This document shows positions 1-12,208 of a stretch of DNA of 64,000 bases, piece after piece. This stretch comes from Octopus vulgaris. Its lineage: Eukaryota. The position numbers were made by a program, and so were the translations under genes. Location of the stretch: the NCBI GenBank assembly GCA_951406725.2, contig OX597834.1, forward strand, positions 34,472,001 to 34,536,000, read 5' to 3'. The first letter of the stretch is position 1. The number at the start of each line of letters is the position of its first letter. Under the pieces are notes generated by a model. It was not told the origin of the DNA. It saw only the letters and a list, made by a program, of their open reading frames with translations, and ran no database searches.

Positions 1-461
1 CAGGTTTCTGCACAGTTTCCACCTACCAAATTCTACTCACAAGTCATTGGTCAACTCTAAGCTGTGGTAAAATGACATTTGTCCAAGGTACGGCTCAGTG
101 GGAGCAAATTGGGAAACAAGCAGTTTTGAAACAAACTTCTTCAGTACACTGACAAATCAACATAAATAATACTGTTTACACGCCCACATCTATAGTGATT
201 GTTTTTGTCTAGATACACAACAACAAACATACATACACAAAGACTTTTGACCTTTGCATGTTCATATATGTATGTGAGTGTGTTTGTGTGGCTGAGTATA
301 TGTGAAAGAGTTTTATTACATATGTATCACTGTGTGGATACTTTGTTATCATGTGATCTTCAGTTCTACTTCACTGCATAGCATTGTGGCATCTTGGACA
401 AGTGTCTTCTACTGTAGCCTCAGGCCAACTAATACCTTGTGAATGGAAGTGATAGAGAGAG

Positions 462-517
<56 letters not shown>

Positions 518-744
518 GTGCTGAGCTAAAAAAAACAGTAATGTTTATTGGTAGTCCCTGTCCACAAAATTGTGCTCTAACTCTCCACCTTTGAAGCTGA
601 GTGGAATAAATAATTCCTTCTGAAAAACAGGTACAAATTGGTGATGAAAGGGCACCCAGTGTCTCAACAATATGTTTTGGTTTGACCTATTCTAAGATGG
701 AAAAATAAACAAACAAATGAATAAATAAATTACGCTCTCTCTAT

Positions 745-827
745 ATGTGTGTGTGTGTGTATCCATACATGCATACATACATACATGCATGCACGCAAGC
801 ACACATACATACATACATACACACACA

Positions 828-879
<52 letters not shown>

Positions 880-912
880 TACATACATACATACATACAT
901 ACATACATACAT
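745..912. repeat. Compound (TG)/(TACA)/(CA) microsatellite
   Basis: Direct reading. Other (CA)/(TG) tracts at 8944-8998, 14418-14490, 22872-22952, 27422-27463, 30715-30845 and 51282-51370. Confidence 0.95.
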
Positions 913-969
913 AAAAAATAAAGATGCATTAGTTTACATAGTCTTTGATACGCCATGTGTGTGTGTATA

Positions 970-1167
970 CAGGGTGATTGAAAAATAACTCCCTATTTCA
1001 AAATACTTATAAATTATTAATTAATTGTATTTTTTACAAAACAATGGATATGAGAAGAAAGCTTTTAGTATGGGGGTTTATTTATACTTCAAAAAATAAT
1101 TAAAAAATTACAATTAATAAATAATTTATAAGTATTTTAAAAAAAGAGAGACTTTTCAATCACCCTG
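970..1167. mobile_element. Tc1/mariner-type MITE (~200 bp)
   Basis: TA|CAGGGTGATTGAAAA...TTTTCAATCACCCTG|TA with ~65-bp imperfect terminal inverted repeats and TA duplication. No ORF. Confidence 0.85.
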
Positions 1168-1348
1168 TATACACATGTATATACACACACACGTGTGTGT
1201 GTGTGACTGTCTACAATCTGTACTGTTTGCACTTATAGCAGAAACAGCTGCAAGTTAATGAAAGTGATTGCATATATATATATTTAAACATACATACATG
1301 CATACATATATACATATATATGCATGTGTGTGTGTGTGTGTGTGTGTA

Positions 1349-2627
1349 CAGGGTGTGATGGATAAATTGTTGGCATTTTATATTTTAATTTAACACATGT
1401 GCATTGTTTGTTTTTGATTTTGTTAGCTACACAGTATAGTAGGGTCAGTTGGGAACCATCTGTGAGAAAAACAGCACCATGATGCAATTTCCTCTGCCAG
1501 AAATTTGGAAACGATGTGTTGTACAGCTTGGTGTTCATGCCGGAAGCTCCAATACAAACATTTTGGAGTGTTTGGATGTCAATCTGAGGACAGTGCAAAG
1601 GATTTGAAAAGAGTTGGATGAATCTAATGGTGATTATGAAGGTATGGCAGCTCAGAAAACTCACTTTAATCATTCTGATAAGAAAAGAACTCCAGAATTT
1701 GTTGATGAGATCCAGGCGATGATTGACAACAATCCCTCCAAGTCAGTCAGATCCATCACCAGGGACATGGAATTCTCAGTTTCTTAAGTAGAGCATGAAG
1801 ACATCCAGTATTCTTCATACAAGATGAGAAAGGGCCAATTTTTATCCCAAGCCATCAAGGACAAGAGGAAAGACCACGCTATGAAGCTTTTGAACAAACT
1901 TAAACATCCCTTCCAACCAAACATGCTTCGGTTTTTCTCAGATGAGAAAAATTTCTGCCAGGATCAGATGGTGAACACACAGAACAACCGTTGGCTTGCC
2001 ATGTCCCCAAAACATATACCAAGAGTGATAAAAATCAAACATCCAGTCAACATCATGGTGTTTGGAATGATCACTAATCATGGTGACATTATGCCTCCAT
2101 TCATCTTCCCACACAGTCTCAGACTCAACATGGAAGCCTACATCAAGTGCCTGGAGGAAGTACTGCTGCCCTAGGTCAAGAGGGTGGCTGCTGGAAGATC
2201 CTATGCCTGGCAACAGGGCTCTGCACCATACCACACAAACAGGAGAACCCAGTCATGGCTGTCAGACAATTTCTGCTACTACATCAACCCAACATCTGGC
2301 CACCTAACTCCCCAGACTGCAACCCCCTTGATTATTATGTGTGGGCTACAGATGAGTGAGAGATCAACAAAACTCTTTGCAACACCAAAGATAAACTGAA
2401 GGCAAGGATTGTGGCAGCATTCACCAACTTAAACAAAGAGACCATCCAGAAGAGTTGCAGGAAATTCCAAAGTCATATGCAGCCCATGGTTGAAATCAAT
2501 GGCAATTTTATTGAACAAATTTCAAGATATTTTTATGTAATTTTGGTAAATATATCTGTTAAAATGAGATGTCAATGTCATTTTCATTTCTGCATAATTT
2601 AGGTGACAATTTATTCACTGCACCCTG
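1349..2627 (+). mobile_element. Decayed DD37D (maT/Bmmar1-like) Tc1/mariner transposon
   Basis: TA|CAGGGTG...CACCCTG|TA termini with ~22-bp TIRs. Transposase fragments FFSDEKNFCQD, QQGSAPYH (second D mutated to G) and WPPNSPDCNPLDY; 37 residues between second and third D after correcting one frameshift. Stops and frameshifts present. Confidence 0.92.
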
Positions 2628-4012
2628 TACATATATATACATATATATATATATATGCATACATACATACATAGACAAACAGACAGACAGATATACACAC
2701 ATGTGCATATATATATGTGAATAAATCATTTGAATACATATACGTATATGTAAGTTGAACACAAAAACAAGAATATATTTTATCAACCTAAGAGAGAGGA
2801 AAAGTACTAACAATTTGAACATTGGTTAGAAAGGCAGAAAACTAGTCTTTTATTTTGATCACAACTTTTAACTTTGTTAATTGTTGGCTACCCCTATAGC
2901 AATCTCAGTTATCCTATAACTGCAATGGACACAATACCCACAGAATGAAGTCTAATATGGTATCCCTGTGGCTCTTATTTTTATATTTAGAAAACTGATT
3001 GTCTCTGGTTTTTCTGAAAACTGGTGGAGCAACTACATGGACACTGTTTCCTTTAAGGCTTCCATTAACCTTTGTTGTTGTTGCTTATCCTAAAGTGAGC
3101 TTTCATTCAGCAGACAAGTGATTAAAGGCATTTTAACCATGACTATTCTCTCCTTATTTCAGACGGTGTATCAAAGACTATGTAAACTAATGCATCGTTA
3201 TTTTTTTTGCAAAATCAATAGGTTGTTAGGATTTGTGAGAGATTTGCCAGCTATTTCTAGCTGGTCAAGCAACCATATAGAGGCTTCCTTGATGGCTCAT
3301 AATGACCTTTGATATTTGACTTATGTTGCCTGGGAGAAAAGAACTAAATTAACAAAATAAATAGCCAAACTTTTGCCAAATATTATATGTAATGCACAAA
3401 CAGCTATCAGTTTCTATATTCATTAATTGTTAGACTCAACAGTCCTTCTTCCCCCACCCCCGCCAAAACAGCTATTTTCAAGTATATTTTTTCAATCAAC
3501 ATTTTTCACTTAAAAACAACTTCTTTGTAAGTTTTTTCTTTTAATTTTTCTTTTAATTCTTATTGAATCATTTCCCAAAAATTAAAATTAAAGAAATCAC
3601 TGACAGAGTAAGTAAAATGTGAAATTTGCCAAACAAACTTTAGAGCTAACTTTTTCCTAATATGTAATTTAGTAGCTAAATACAACTTTGATTAAATTGG
3701 GAAACTTTCTTATTTCATTGATCTCAATTTTTCAAATGGTTTTCAACACAATATTGGTTTTACACCTAGATATAAACTTAGATATGGGTTAAAAGACATG
3801 TAATCATATACATATGTATGTGTAGGAACATACATGGCTGTGTGGTTAAGAAGTCTGCTTCCCAACCACATAGTTTTAGGTTCAGTTCTATTGCATGGCA
3901 CCTTGACCAAGTGTCTTCCATTACAGCCCTGGACCAACCAAAGTTTTGTGAATGAGTTAGGGAACACAAAACCTGAAAGATGTGCTATGTGCATGTATGT
4001 GTGCATCCACCC

Positions 4013-4350
4013 ACACATAACAAGAAAACTTTTCACACACCCTACCACAACAAACCAAATTACGTCTCTTTTCTTCCTCACATTTCCACTTCATGCACTA
4101 TGTTTACCTCCCACTCCCCAATCCTGTCCTCTTGGCTCTGTCTCACTGCATCATTGGTATCCCCCAGCCCCTGACCTGTGTGTTTCATCTACACATAACA
4201 AGAAAACTTTTCACATACCCTACCTCAACAAATCAATCTACATCTCTTCTCTTCCTCACATCTCCTCCTTGATGCCCTATGCCTACCTTTCACTCCCCAA
4301 TCCTGTCCTCAAGGCCCTGTTTCTCTGTATCATTGCTATCCAGTAGCCCC
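4013..4350. repeat. Tandem duplication, period ~178 bp
   Basis: ACACATAACAAGAAAACTTTTCACA at 4013 and 4191, with continued similarity (CACTCCCCAATCCTGTCCTC in both). Confidence 0.85.
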
Positions 4351-5008
4351 CCTCTCTATATACCCAGGTTTTCACCACTCACTTTCTCTCCCCACTCTCT
4401 AATCATGCTTCTTTAGCTATATCCTGCCACTTATATTATGACTTTCAAACCTCAAGAGTATACCCTGGCACTTGCCATATGTATATCTCTTTCTGCCTTT
4501 ACTTGACAATCCCATTTATATTCTGATCCCCATTCCTTTAACCAGAAATATGCTCAATCATGACTGATTTGAGGCTAAATAACAGCAACAATGATGACAG
4601 ATGATTAAATGTATAAAGTTCTGAGAGGAGGAGTTAAGATGTCTATTTTCTAAACTATTTACATAATCTTTGATTTTAACTTACAGTATTTATATTTATA
4701 TTAACCTGAAATCAGTTTGATTTCAGGTTAATATCAGATATCTTGTTCTTGATTATGTTCATTGTCCCAAGTTGAACTTGAATGATGAGCCTTCATTCAT
4801 AAACGAAAAGTAGTAAGATCCTTATCCATTAAGCCATTGTACCCTTCATTTAAAAATAAAGGCTCTTAATTCAAATAAATCTAGTGTGGAATCATATACA
4901 CATCAAGGAATAAGACATCTAATGACCAAACATTAAGCACAACAAAATTGTGCATTTATAAATTTTGTGAATTTACAATACATAGAGGAAATAGATAACC
5001 TAGTAGAC

Positions 5009-5341
5009 CTGTGGTTCTCAACCAAGGTCCTTATGACACCTTATGCTCCATATAAGATAATGGAAGGTCCACACAAGCAAAATAGTAAATTGGGTCCACA
5101 TTATTTTATGGGTCCATGAAGAAATTTTGCTTTAGATGTATTTATTGCAAAAAACAACTAGATTTCTTTCCCTGATGTTTTACATTGTTCAGCCTACTTG
5201 AGTGAGTGTAAGATAAACAAAATAGGAATATTGAAAAAAGTGTCTATAAAACTATTTTAAACCTTGAATAATTATGGGGGCCCACCAGAATAAAATAGTA
5301 ATCAAAGGGGTCCATAGATATAAAATTGTTGAAAGCCATTG
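5009..5341. mobile_element. hAT-like MITE
   Basis: Termini CTGTGGTTCTCAACC...GTTGAAAGCCATTG. 8-bp TSD tagtagac/ttgtagac. Confidence 0.75.
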
Positions 5342-6538
5342 TTGTAGACTATCCTCTGAAAATATTGAGGTGACACCAATAACAATGATGCTCATTATTT
5401 AATTATTTATATATTTATATGTTTCATTGAGGTGCTACGTTGATACAAGATCCCAAGTTTATCAAGTACAACTATAATGGATTGAGATGAGGCTATGGTA
5501 AAATATGATTTGCAGTGAGATCAAACCTAAGACCTCATGATTGCAAAGTAAACTTCTTAAACATTTGGCTATATACCCACATACCCACCAACCATCAATA
5601 TTTTTAAATATCACTATCAGTATCTTTATAATTCATTTTCTTGTTCTAATATTATCCATTACCTTTAATTTCAATTTCTATTTTGTTTTCTTAAATAATT
5701 CATGATTAGTATCAATTTGTTAATTACAATTTAATGAAATAAACACAAAATTTAAATTAAACAATTAACTAAATAAAAACAATTTCCAATCTCAAATCTG
5801 AATCAGAAACTAAAAATTAGTTAAAAGTCAAAGAAAAGAATTAAAAAAAAAACAGAGAAAAAAATTATAGGAAAAGAAAGCAAGAAAGTGAACTCAAAAT
5901 TATAGATATATCAAATACACACTATAGATTACATTAACTGCTATATTTGGTGAGCTATCTGAAGCCTAAGATACAGGTTCAAGTCTTGATATGTAGTTAC
6001 GCACACACACACACATTTAGACCATCTATGTATTTCTATTATATATTTCACATGAAAAAAGAATGAATAAATGTATGAATGAATGAGTTAGAGGGTAGTG
6101 TGTCACATGCAATCCATTCATAATTTATTGAAATTTCCTTTGGGATGTAGATAGAAAACCAAACCCTAAGTAATTCCCAAAGAGGAGAGATAAGTTCAAG
6201 AATTAAGAATTAATTTCTTGTGTTACTGATGAAGTAAAACAGATTTAAAATCTATGTCCAAGTACTCATTGCCTGCAAATAAAGATTTGACTGCCCTTTC
6301 TCTAAGAATTTAAATTAACTTGAGAAATTAATTCTTAATTTCTTGAAATTATGAAATTATCTCCACTTCTTTGTAGTAAAGATTGTTTGCCAACATAACA
6401 TGGCAGTCCTGGTTTAGGATGAATGTTGCTGTAATTTAGCCCCAGGAGACATCATCTCCAGCTGGCTATACGACATGATCTGTGTCCTTATATTTTTGAA
6501 CAAGGGAATCTAGCACCCCTACTCAGCTCAAAACAATA

Positions 6539-6583
6539 TCTGTGTATTACAATTTCTGGGTTATTTCTCTTCATCAGCACAGA
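6539..6583 (-). ncRNA. Minimal hammerhead-ribozyme-like motif
   Basis: TCTGTG CTGATGA agagaaataaccca GAAA TTGTAA TA CACAGA: perfect 6-bp stem I, both core boxes, near-palindromic stem III, AUA triplet. Stem II is degenerate. Confidence 0.55.
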
Positions 6584-6698
6584 ATAATTATTTGGCTAGA
6601 GATGGTGCTGCCAAATTCCCATTCAAAATATATAGGATACAAGCACACCAACACCAGTTGTCAAGTGGTTGTGGTGGTGGGGACAAATACAGACACTA

Positions 6699-6729
<31 letters not shown>

Positions 6730-7650
6730 TACACACACACACACGCATATATATATATATGACAGGCCTCTTTCAGTTTCTGCCTACCAAATCCACTCAC
6801 AAGGCTTTATTCAACCTGAGGCTAAAGTAGAAGACACTTGGCCAAAGTGCCACACAGTGGGACTGAACCTGGAACAATGTGGTTGGGAAGCAAGCTTTTT
6901 ACCACACAGCCACTGGAAACAGTAGAGCTGTAATATTTTTGTTTAAGAATAATAAATTTGTACTCTGCAAAAGTATAGAGTAAGTAACCCATCAGATTAG
7001 TGTAAAATTATTTTTATTACAACTGAACATAAAAACAAACATTAATATGCATACATAAATACATGAATTAATGTAGATGCATACAGAATGAATAACAAAG
7101 AAAAGAGAGAAGCTTCTTGCTATTTGATTTTCTAATCTCAAAAGTACAAAAGAAAATTTCACTGGAACTTTAAGAGTTTTTATCAAAAAGATAAATTCAA
7201 AGCAATTTTTGGTTAATGATATATTCAAGCATTTTATAACAGATAGACAATTATCTGTATGTATGTGCATCCACGCATGTGTGTGTGTGTGTGTGGATTG
7301 ATTATTTTACTGCTCTATCTGAATCATCTTCAAAACACACCATTCGTTGGAATAACAACGTTAACGAGATATTTTTCTACAGGGGAATAATAGTTCAAAA
7401 TATTTCAAATTTAAGAGAGATTACAGTATAAACATTTTTGCCAACTAAGTCTCCTTTCTTTACTCCTTGTGTTTTTGAAGATGCAAGAATATTTTTTGTA
7501 TATACACATACACACACGTATATATTGTATTTCGGGATGGTCATTTTATTTTATTTTTTATTTTTTGTCAGATATCCCGAAGTACAATAGTATCTGTTTC
7601 AAAATACGATTTCACTTCAGGAATCTTGCAAAACGAATTGATAATGTATA

Positions 7651-8902
7651 CAGGGTGCATACGGTATTTGAGGATATATGCTTTTTGGGTCATTGTTGCT
7701 CTTCTTGCTAACTCTGTATAATCTTTGTTTCAGAAAATAATAATGGCAAACCCTCAGCTTACTCAAGAAATGAAGAGGCATGCTGTTATTGTGGTTATAA
7801 AAGTTGAGCATAGCGAATTAGAACTACCTCAATTTTTAAAAGTTGCCATATTTTTCGTTTACAAAGTTTGTAAAAAGTCAGAGACTGAAGATGAAAACAT
7901 GTCACCAGTATCAAAGCATAAAAAGCATTCTAAATGCTCTGAAATCATCTGAACACTTGAATTTAGCCAGCAAGTTCAACAGACCATTGATTACAATACC
8001 AGAAAGTCCATGAGGTCAATTGCAAAAAATCTCCATGTGTTAGAAGGGACAGTCAGAAATGTTTTCCATGAAGACATGAGATATAAGTCTCATATGATGA
8101 GGAAAGGTCAATTTGACAGAAAAAGCAAAAGAAAATCACTACATCAGGTGTAAAAGGCTCTTAAACAAACTGAAAAATCCAGCAGAAGAAGATTTCATTT
8201 GGTTTTTCTCAAACGAGAAAAACTTTAACCAAGATCAAAAAGTTAACAGAAGAAATGATAGATGGTTATGTGCAGACCCTTCTGAAGTACCAAGTGTTAT
8301 GCATACAAAATTTCCTGCAAGTGTCATGGTTTTAGGGGTTGTCAACAATGAAGAACATGTGATGCTGCCTTACTTCTTTCCACAAGGCCTTAGAGTTAAC
8401 TCTGCCACCTACATTGAGGTCCTGGAAACAATTGTTAAGCCCTGGATAGACAATGTATGCAATGGAAGGCCATATGTGTTTCAGTAAGACTATGCATTAT
8501 CACACACAGCTCTAGTAACACAGGAATGAATGGCTGAAAATTTTCATGATCAATAACCCCTAACATTTAGCCTCCTAATTCCCCAGATCTCAATCCATTA
8601 GACTATTACATGTGGCACATTGTTGAGAGAGATGTCAATGAACATGCCCATAACACCAAAGATTCTTTGAAAGCTGCCATAGTCAGAGTAATGTCTAAAA
8701 TGAACCAGGACCACTTGATTCAAGCATGTAGATGATTTAGATCTCATACAGAAGCAGTTGTTGAAGTTGAAGGTGGCTTTATTGAATAACATTATAGAAA
8801 AGAAGGTTTATTTTTATCCACATAGCATTTTTTGATAAAAATATTATCTGTTATTATATATCTGTTTTTTTATAAATATAAATCTGTCCTCAAATATCTT
8901 AC
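7651..8902 (+). mobile_element. Second decayed DD37D (maT-like) transposon, different subfamily
   Basis: TA|CAGGGTGCAT...TATTTGAGGA left end and a partial right TIR (GTCCTCAAATATCTT) eroded by microsatellite. Motifs WFFSNEKNFNQD, FQ*DYA..H and PPNSPDLNPLDY with 37-residue spacing. Multiple stops. Confidence 0.9.
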
Positions 8903-8934
8903 ATACATATACATACATACGTACAGACATATAC

Positions 8935-8998
<64 letters not shown>

Positions 8999-9000
<2 letters not shown>

Positions 9001-9445
9001 TACCAGTGCCGGTGGCACACAAGAAAACCATCCGAACGTGGCCGTAGCCAGTACTGCATCGACTGGCCTCCGTGCTGTGAGCACGTAACAAACACCATCC
9101 GATCGTGGCCGTTCGCCAGCCTCATCTGGCACCTGTGTCGGTGGCACATAAAAAACACCATCCAAGCGTGGCTGTCTGCCAGCCTCGTCTGGCACATGTG
9201 TCGGTGGCACATAAAAAACACCATCCGAGCGTGGCCGTTCGCCAGCCTCGTCTGGCACCTGTGTCGGTGGCACATAAAATCACCCACTACACTCTCGGAG
9301 TGGTTGGCGTTAGGAAGGGCATCCAGCTGTAGAAACACTGCCAGATCTGTATGGCCTGGTGCAGCCTTCGGGCTCCCCAGACCCCAGTTGAATCGTCCAA
9401 CCCATGCTAGCATGGAAAGCGGATGTTAAATGATGATGATGATGA
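8999..9445 (+). mobile_element. SINE/LINE-tail element with ~4 tandem 63-bp units and (ATG)n tail
   Basis: Units begin at ~9012, 9077, 9141, 9204 and 9267 (partial). Followed by body GAGTGGTTGGCGTTAGGAAGGGCATCCAGC...CCCATGCTAGCATGGAAAGCGGATGTTAAA(TGA)n. Confidence 0.8.
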
Positions 9446-9949
9446 TATATACTTACTTGGAAATATATATATCATTTAATTATATCACTTATAATCTTTG
9501 CATTGTTCTTTACTTATATATTCAAGTCTCAAAAAAAAAAAAAATTTTGATGCTATACATTGTGATATTGCAACATTGAAAATACACTTTTCTTCATAGA
9601 GGTTTGTTAACCATAAAGATATTCCACATGTTTAATTAGTCTATAGATAAAATAACAATAGTGTCTGACCTAAACACAAACCAATGAGGAAGTCTTTTTG
9701 TGATTACTCAACTTGCAAGATATAGCAACTTAATCTTTCTCAGATCACATTCTACCAGATTGAATAAAGAGAATATTGGATAATAAAGTCCAGAACATAT
9801 CCCCAAAAGTATGAAATAACCAGGGCTGGACTACCTTAGATTTTTTATTCTTCTTTTGCTTGGTCTGCAAGATGATTATTCCTATGATCTTTGACCTTCA
9901 CAGGCTTGCCAAGATCGGTGAAATTGAAATATTTAGAAAATCCTTCTTA

Positions 9950-10170
9950 ATAATGGTTTCAAATTTTGACACAAGTCCAGCAATTTCGGAGGAGGGAGTA
10001 ATTCAATTACATCAACCCCAGTACTCAACTGGTACTTATTTCATCGACCCAGAAAGGATGAAAAGCAAAGTCAACCTTGTGGAATTTGAACTCAGAGCAT
10101 AAAGATGAACAAAATGCTGTTAAGCATTTTGCCCGGTGTGCTAATGGTTCTGCCAGCTCATCACTTAAAG
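9950..10170 (-). mobile_element. tRNA-derived SINE with Meta/MESC-like central domain
   Basis: Minus strand TGGCAGAACCATTAGC...GAGTTCAAATTC...GCTTTTCATCCTTTCTGGGTCGATGAAATAAGTACCAG. Further copies at ~37840-38040, 38320-38480, 43210-43400 and 62650-62780. Confidence 0.7.
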
Positions 10171-12092
10171 TCCTTCTTAACGATAGCAAGTTGACAACTG
10201 CAAGGAAAAAAATAGGCATGGAAGAAATTCTAGAGGCCCAACATTCAGGAGAGCAAAGACTAGATAGAGTGATAATTGCAGATCCTGAGGGAAAGGGACA
10301 CAGTATGGATGATAAAAGAGGAGACAAGTAAGTCAAGAACGCTTGAGTAGAAGTGGACATTCATATTTGAGGAGCAGAGACTACAAACTGAGGACACAGC
10401 ATGTCTAATGGGCTAGAGGCTGGAATGTGTTGATGAAGGAACTCATGTCAGTCAGGTGGCCTTTCTTTGGATGTGCAGATGCCTGTAGATGTAAGAGCTC
10501 AATCAGGGCTGAACTAAGGCTAAACAACAACAACAACAACTGAACTGAATTGCTAAATTTAAAGTAGGTTCAGAGACAGAACAGTTGATGAAAATAACTG
10601 CTCCTCTTGAATCACATCCAACAGATACAGCTAGAAAACTGATGGTGATGTGGCTATAATTACTGCCAATGTGGTTATGTGGCTATAATTACTGCCAATG
10701 ATCTTTATCAATGACCAGAGTGGTCATTGATAGTAGTGATGGTAACAGTAGTAGTCAACAATGAAGGTGAAAATTGCAGTTATTGATAACAGTTGCGGTG
10801 GTGGTGGCCGTGGTCGTCGTCGTGGCAGTAGTAATTTTTTTTTTAGTTAATGTTCCTGTGGTCTTGCTGATGATTGTGGTGACTTACAGTCACGGTGGTT
10901 GTGGCAATAAGAGTGGTGATGATGGTGAGTTCTAGTGAGATCATGATGCTAATGATGGTGGTGATGATAATGATGCTGCTGTTGATGATGAAGAGTTTAG
11001 AAGCTGTCAAATTGCTTTTAGATAACTTCAAATTTTAATACATTCAGGAACTGATTTAATCCTTCCATTTCTGTGGCATTGTGTTTCTCTATTAAATATT
11101 TATTTTCATTTTAATACAAACCACATTTAGAAAGATAAGATGGGTAGGAAGAGGCATTCTTTTATGGTTTTTAATTGAATAAAAGTAGGGGTTATGTGTA
11201 TAAAAAAAAAGGGGACACATAAAAACAAGTACATGTATGAAGGGATAAATTATAATAGCTGCATATATTAATAAGGGTAAATGAAATAAAATCTTATGAA
11301 GTGATGCTTATGTTACAATAACAATGTAAATATTATATTTTTCAAGGGGACAAGACAAGCTCCCATGAAAGGATGCATGCCTTTTCAATTCTCAGCTGAA
11401 ATGAAGTCAAGTCATTTATACAGCTAAGCTTTGTAGAGAAAATGTGATTGTCACAGCACCACAATTCCCTATAATCAAAAATTTAACTAAAATATTCTTT
11501 TTCAAGCACAGCAGAATAAGATATAAGCTCTGATGAATAAGTAATTTTTTCATCACTCATACACACACACACATGCTGCACTCTTTGCTGTACCAGAGGG
11601 ATTTTATGAACTTAAGCCATATTATTAACTCATTGGAGTTTTATAAGCAGTCTCTTTTTTCACACTCGACTCAACACCAGTATTTCACAATAACCTTACT
11701 TTTGATGGGACTTCAGTAAGGTAGAGAATTTGAAATCAAAATGCAAAGAACTGAAAATACATACTGCAAAGCCTTTCACCCTACTTCCACCATTACATTT
11801 CCTTGCATTTGTACTGTGTTTATTGATCCCAAAACAGTAAATGACAAAACTGACCTTGGCAAGATTTGAACTCAAAATATATAGAGCTGGAACAAACACC
11901 ATGTAGCATTCTATCCAACACCCTAAGACAACCTTTCCCATGCCAATGGCATTATAAAATAATATTCTAAACTGATGGAGTAATGTGGTTGGTGATAGAA
12001 GATGCATCCAATCGTTAAAAACCATGCCACAAAAATGAAACCAGACAACAGAGATAGCTGGTTTTCTTTGTTATATATATATATATATACAC

Positions 12093-12208
<116 letters not shown>

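Noticed and set aside
3834-4346. 170-aa ORF
   Set aside because: Begins within a SINE head and runs through a tandem duplication; no recognisable domain.
1824-8487. Transposase ORFs as functional genes
   Set aside because: Both carry stops, frameshifts and mutated catalytic aspartates.
9012-9285. 63-bp regularly spaced repeats resembling a CRISPR array or a repeat protein (ORFs 8844-9413, 8947-9429)
   Set aside because: Units are similar along their whole length with no unique spacers, there are no cas genes, and they sit inside a SINE-like element. ORFs are open only because 63 is divisible by 3.
9457-9530. Minus-strand AG...GTAAGT pair after a poly-T tract as a candidate next SCAI exon
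   Set aside because: Atypical GAG acceptor, stop-rich AT sequence, and no similarity to the expected LRTSET... peptide.
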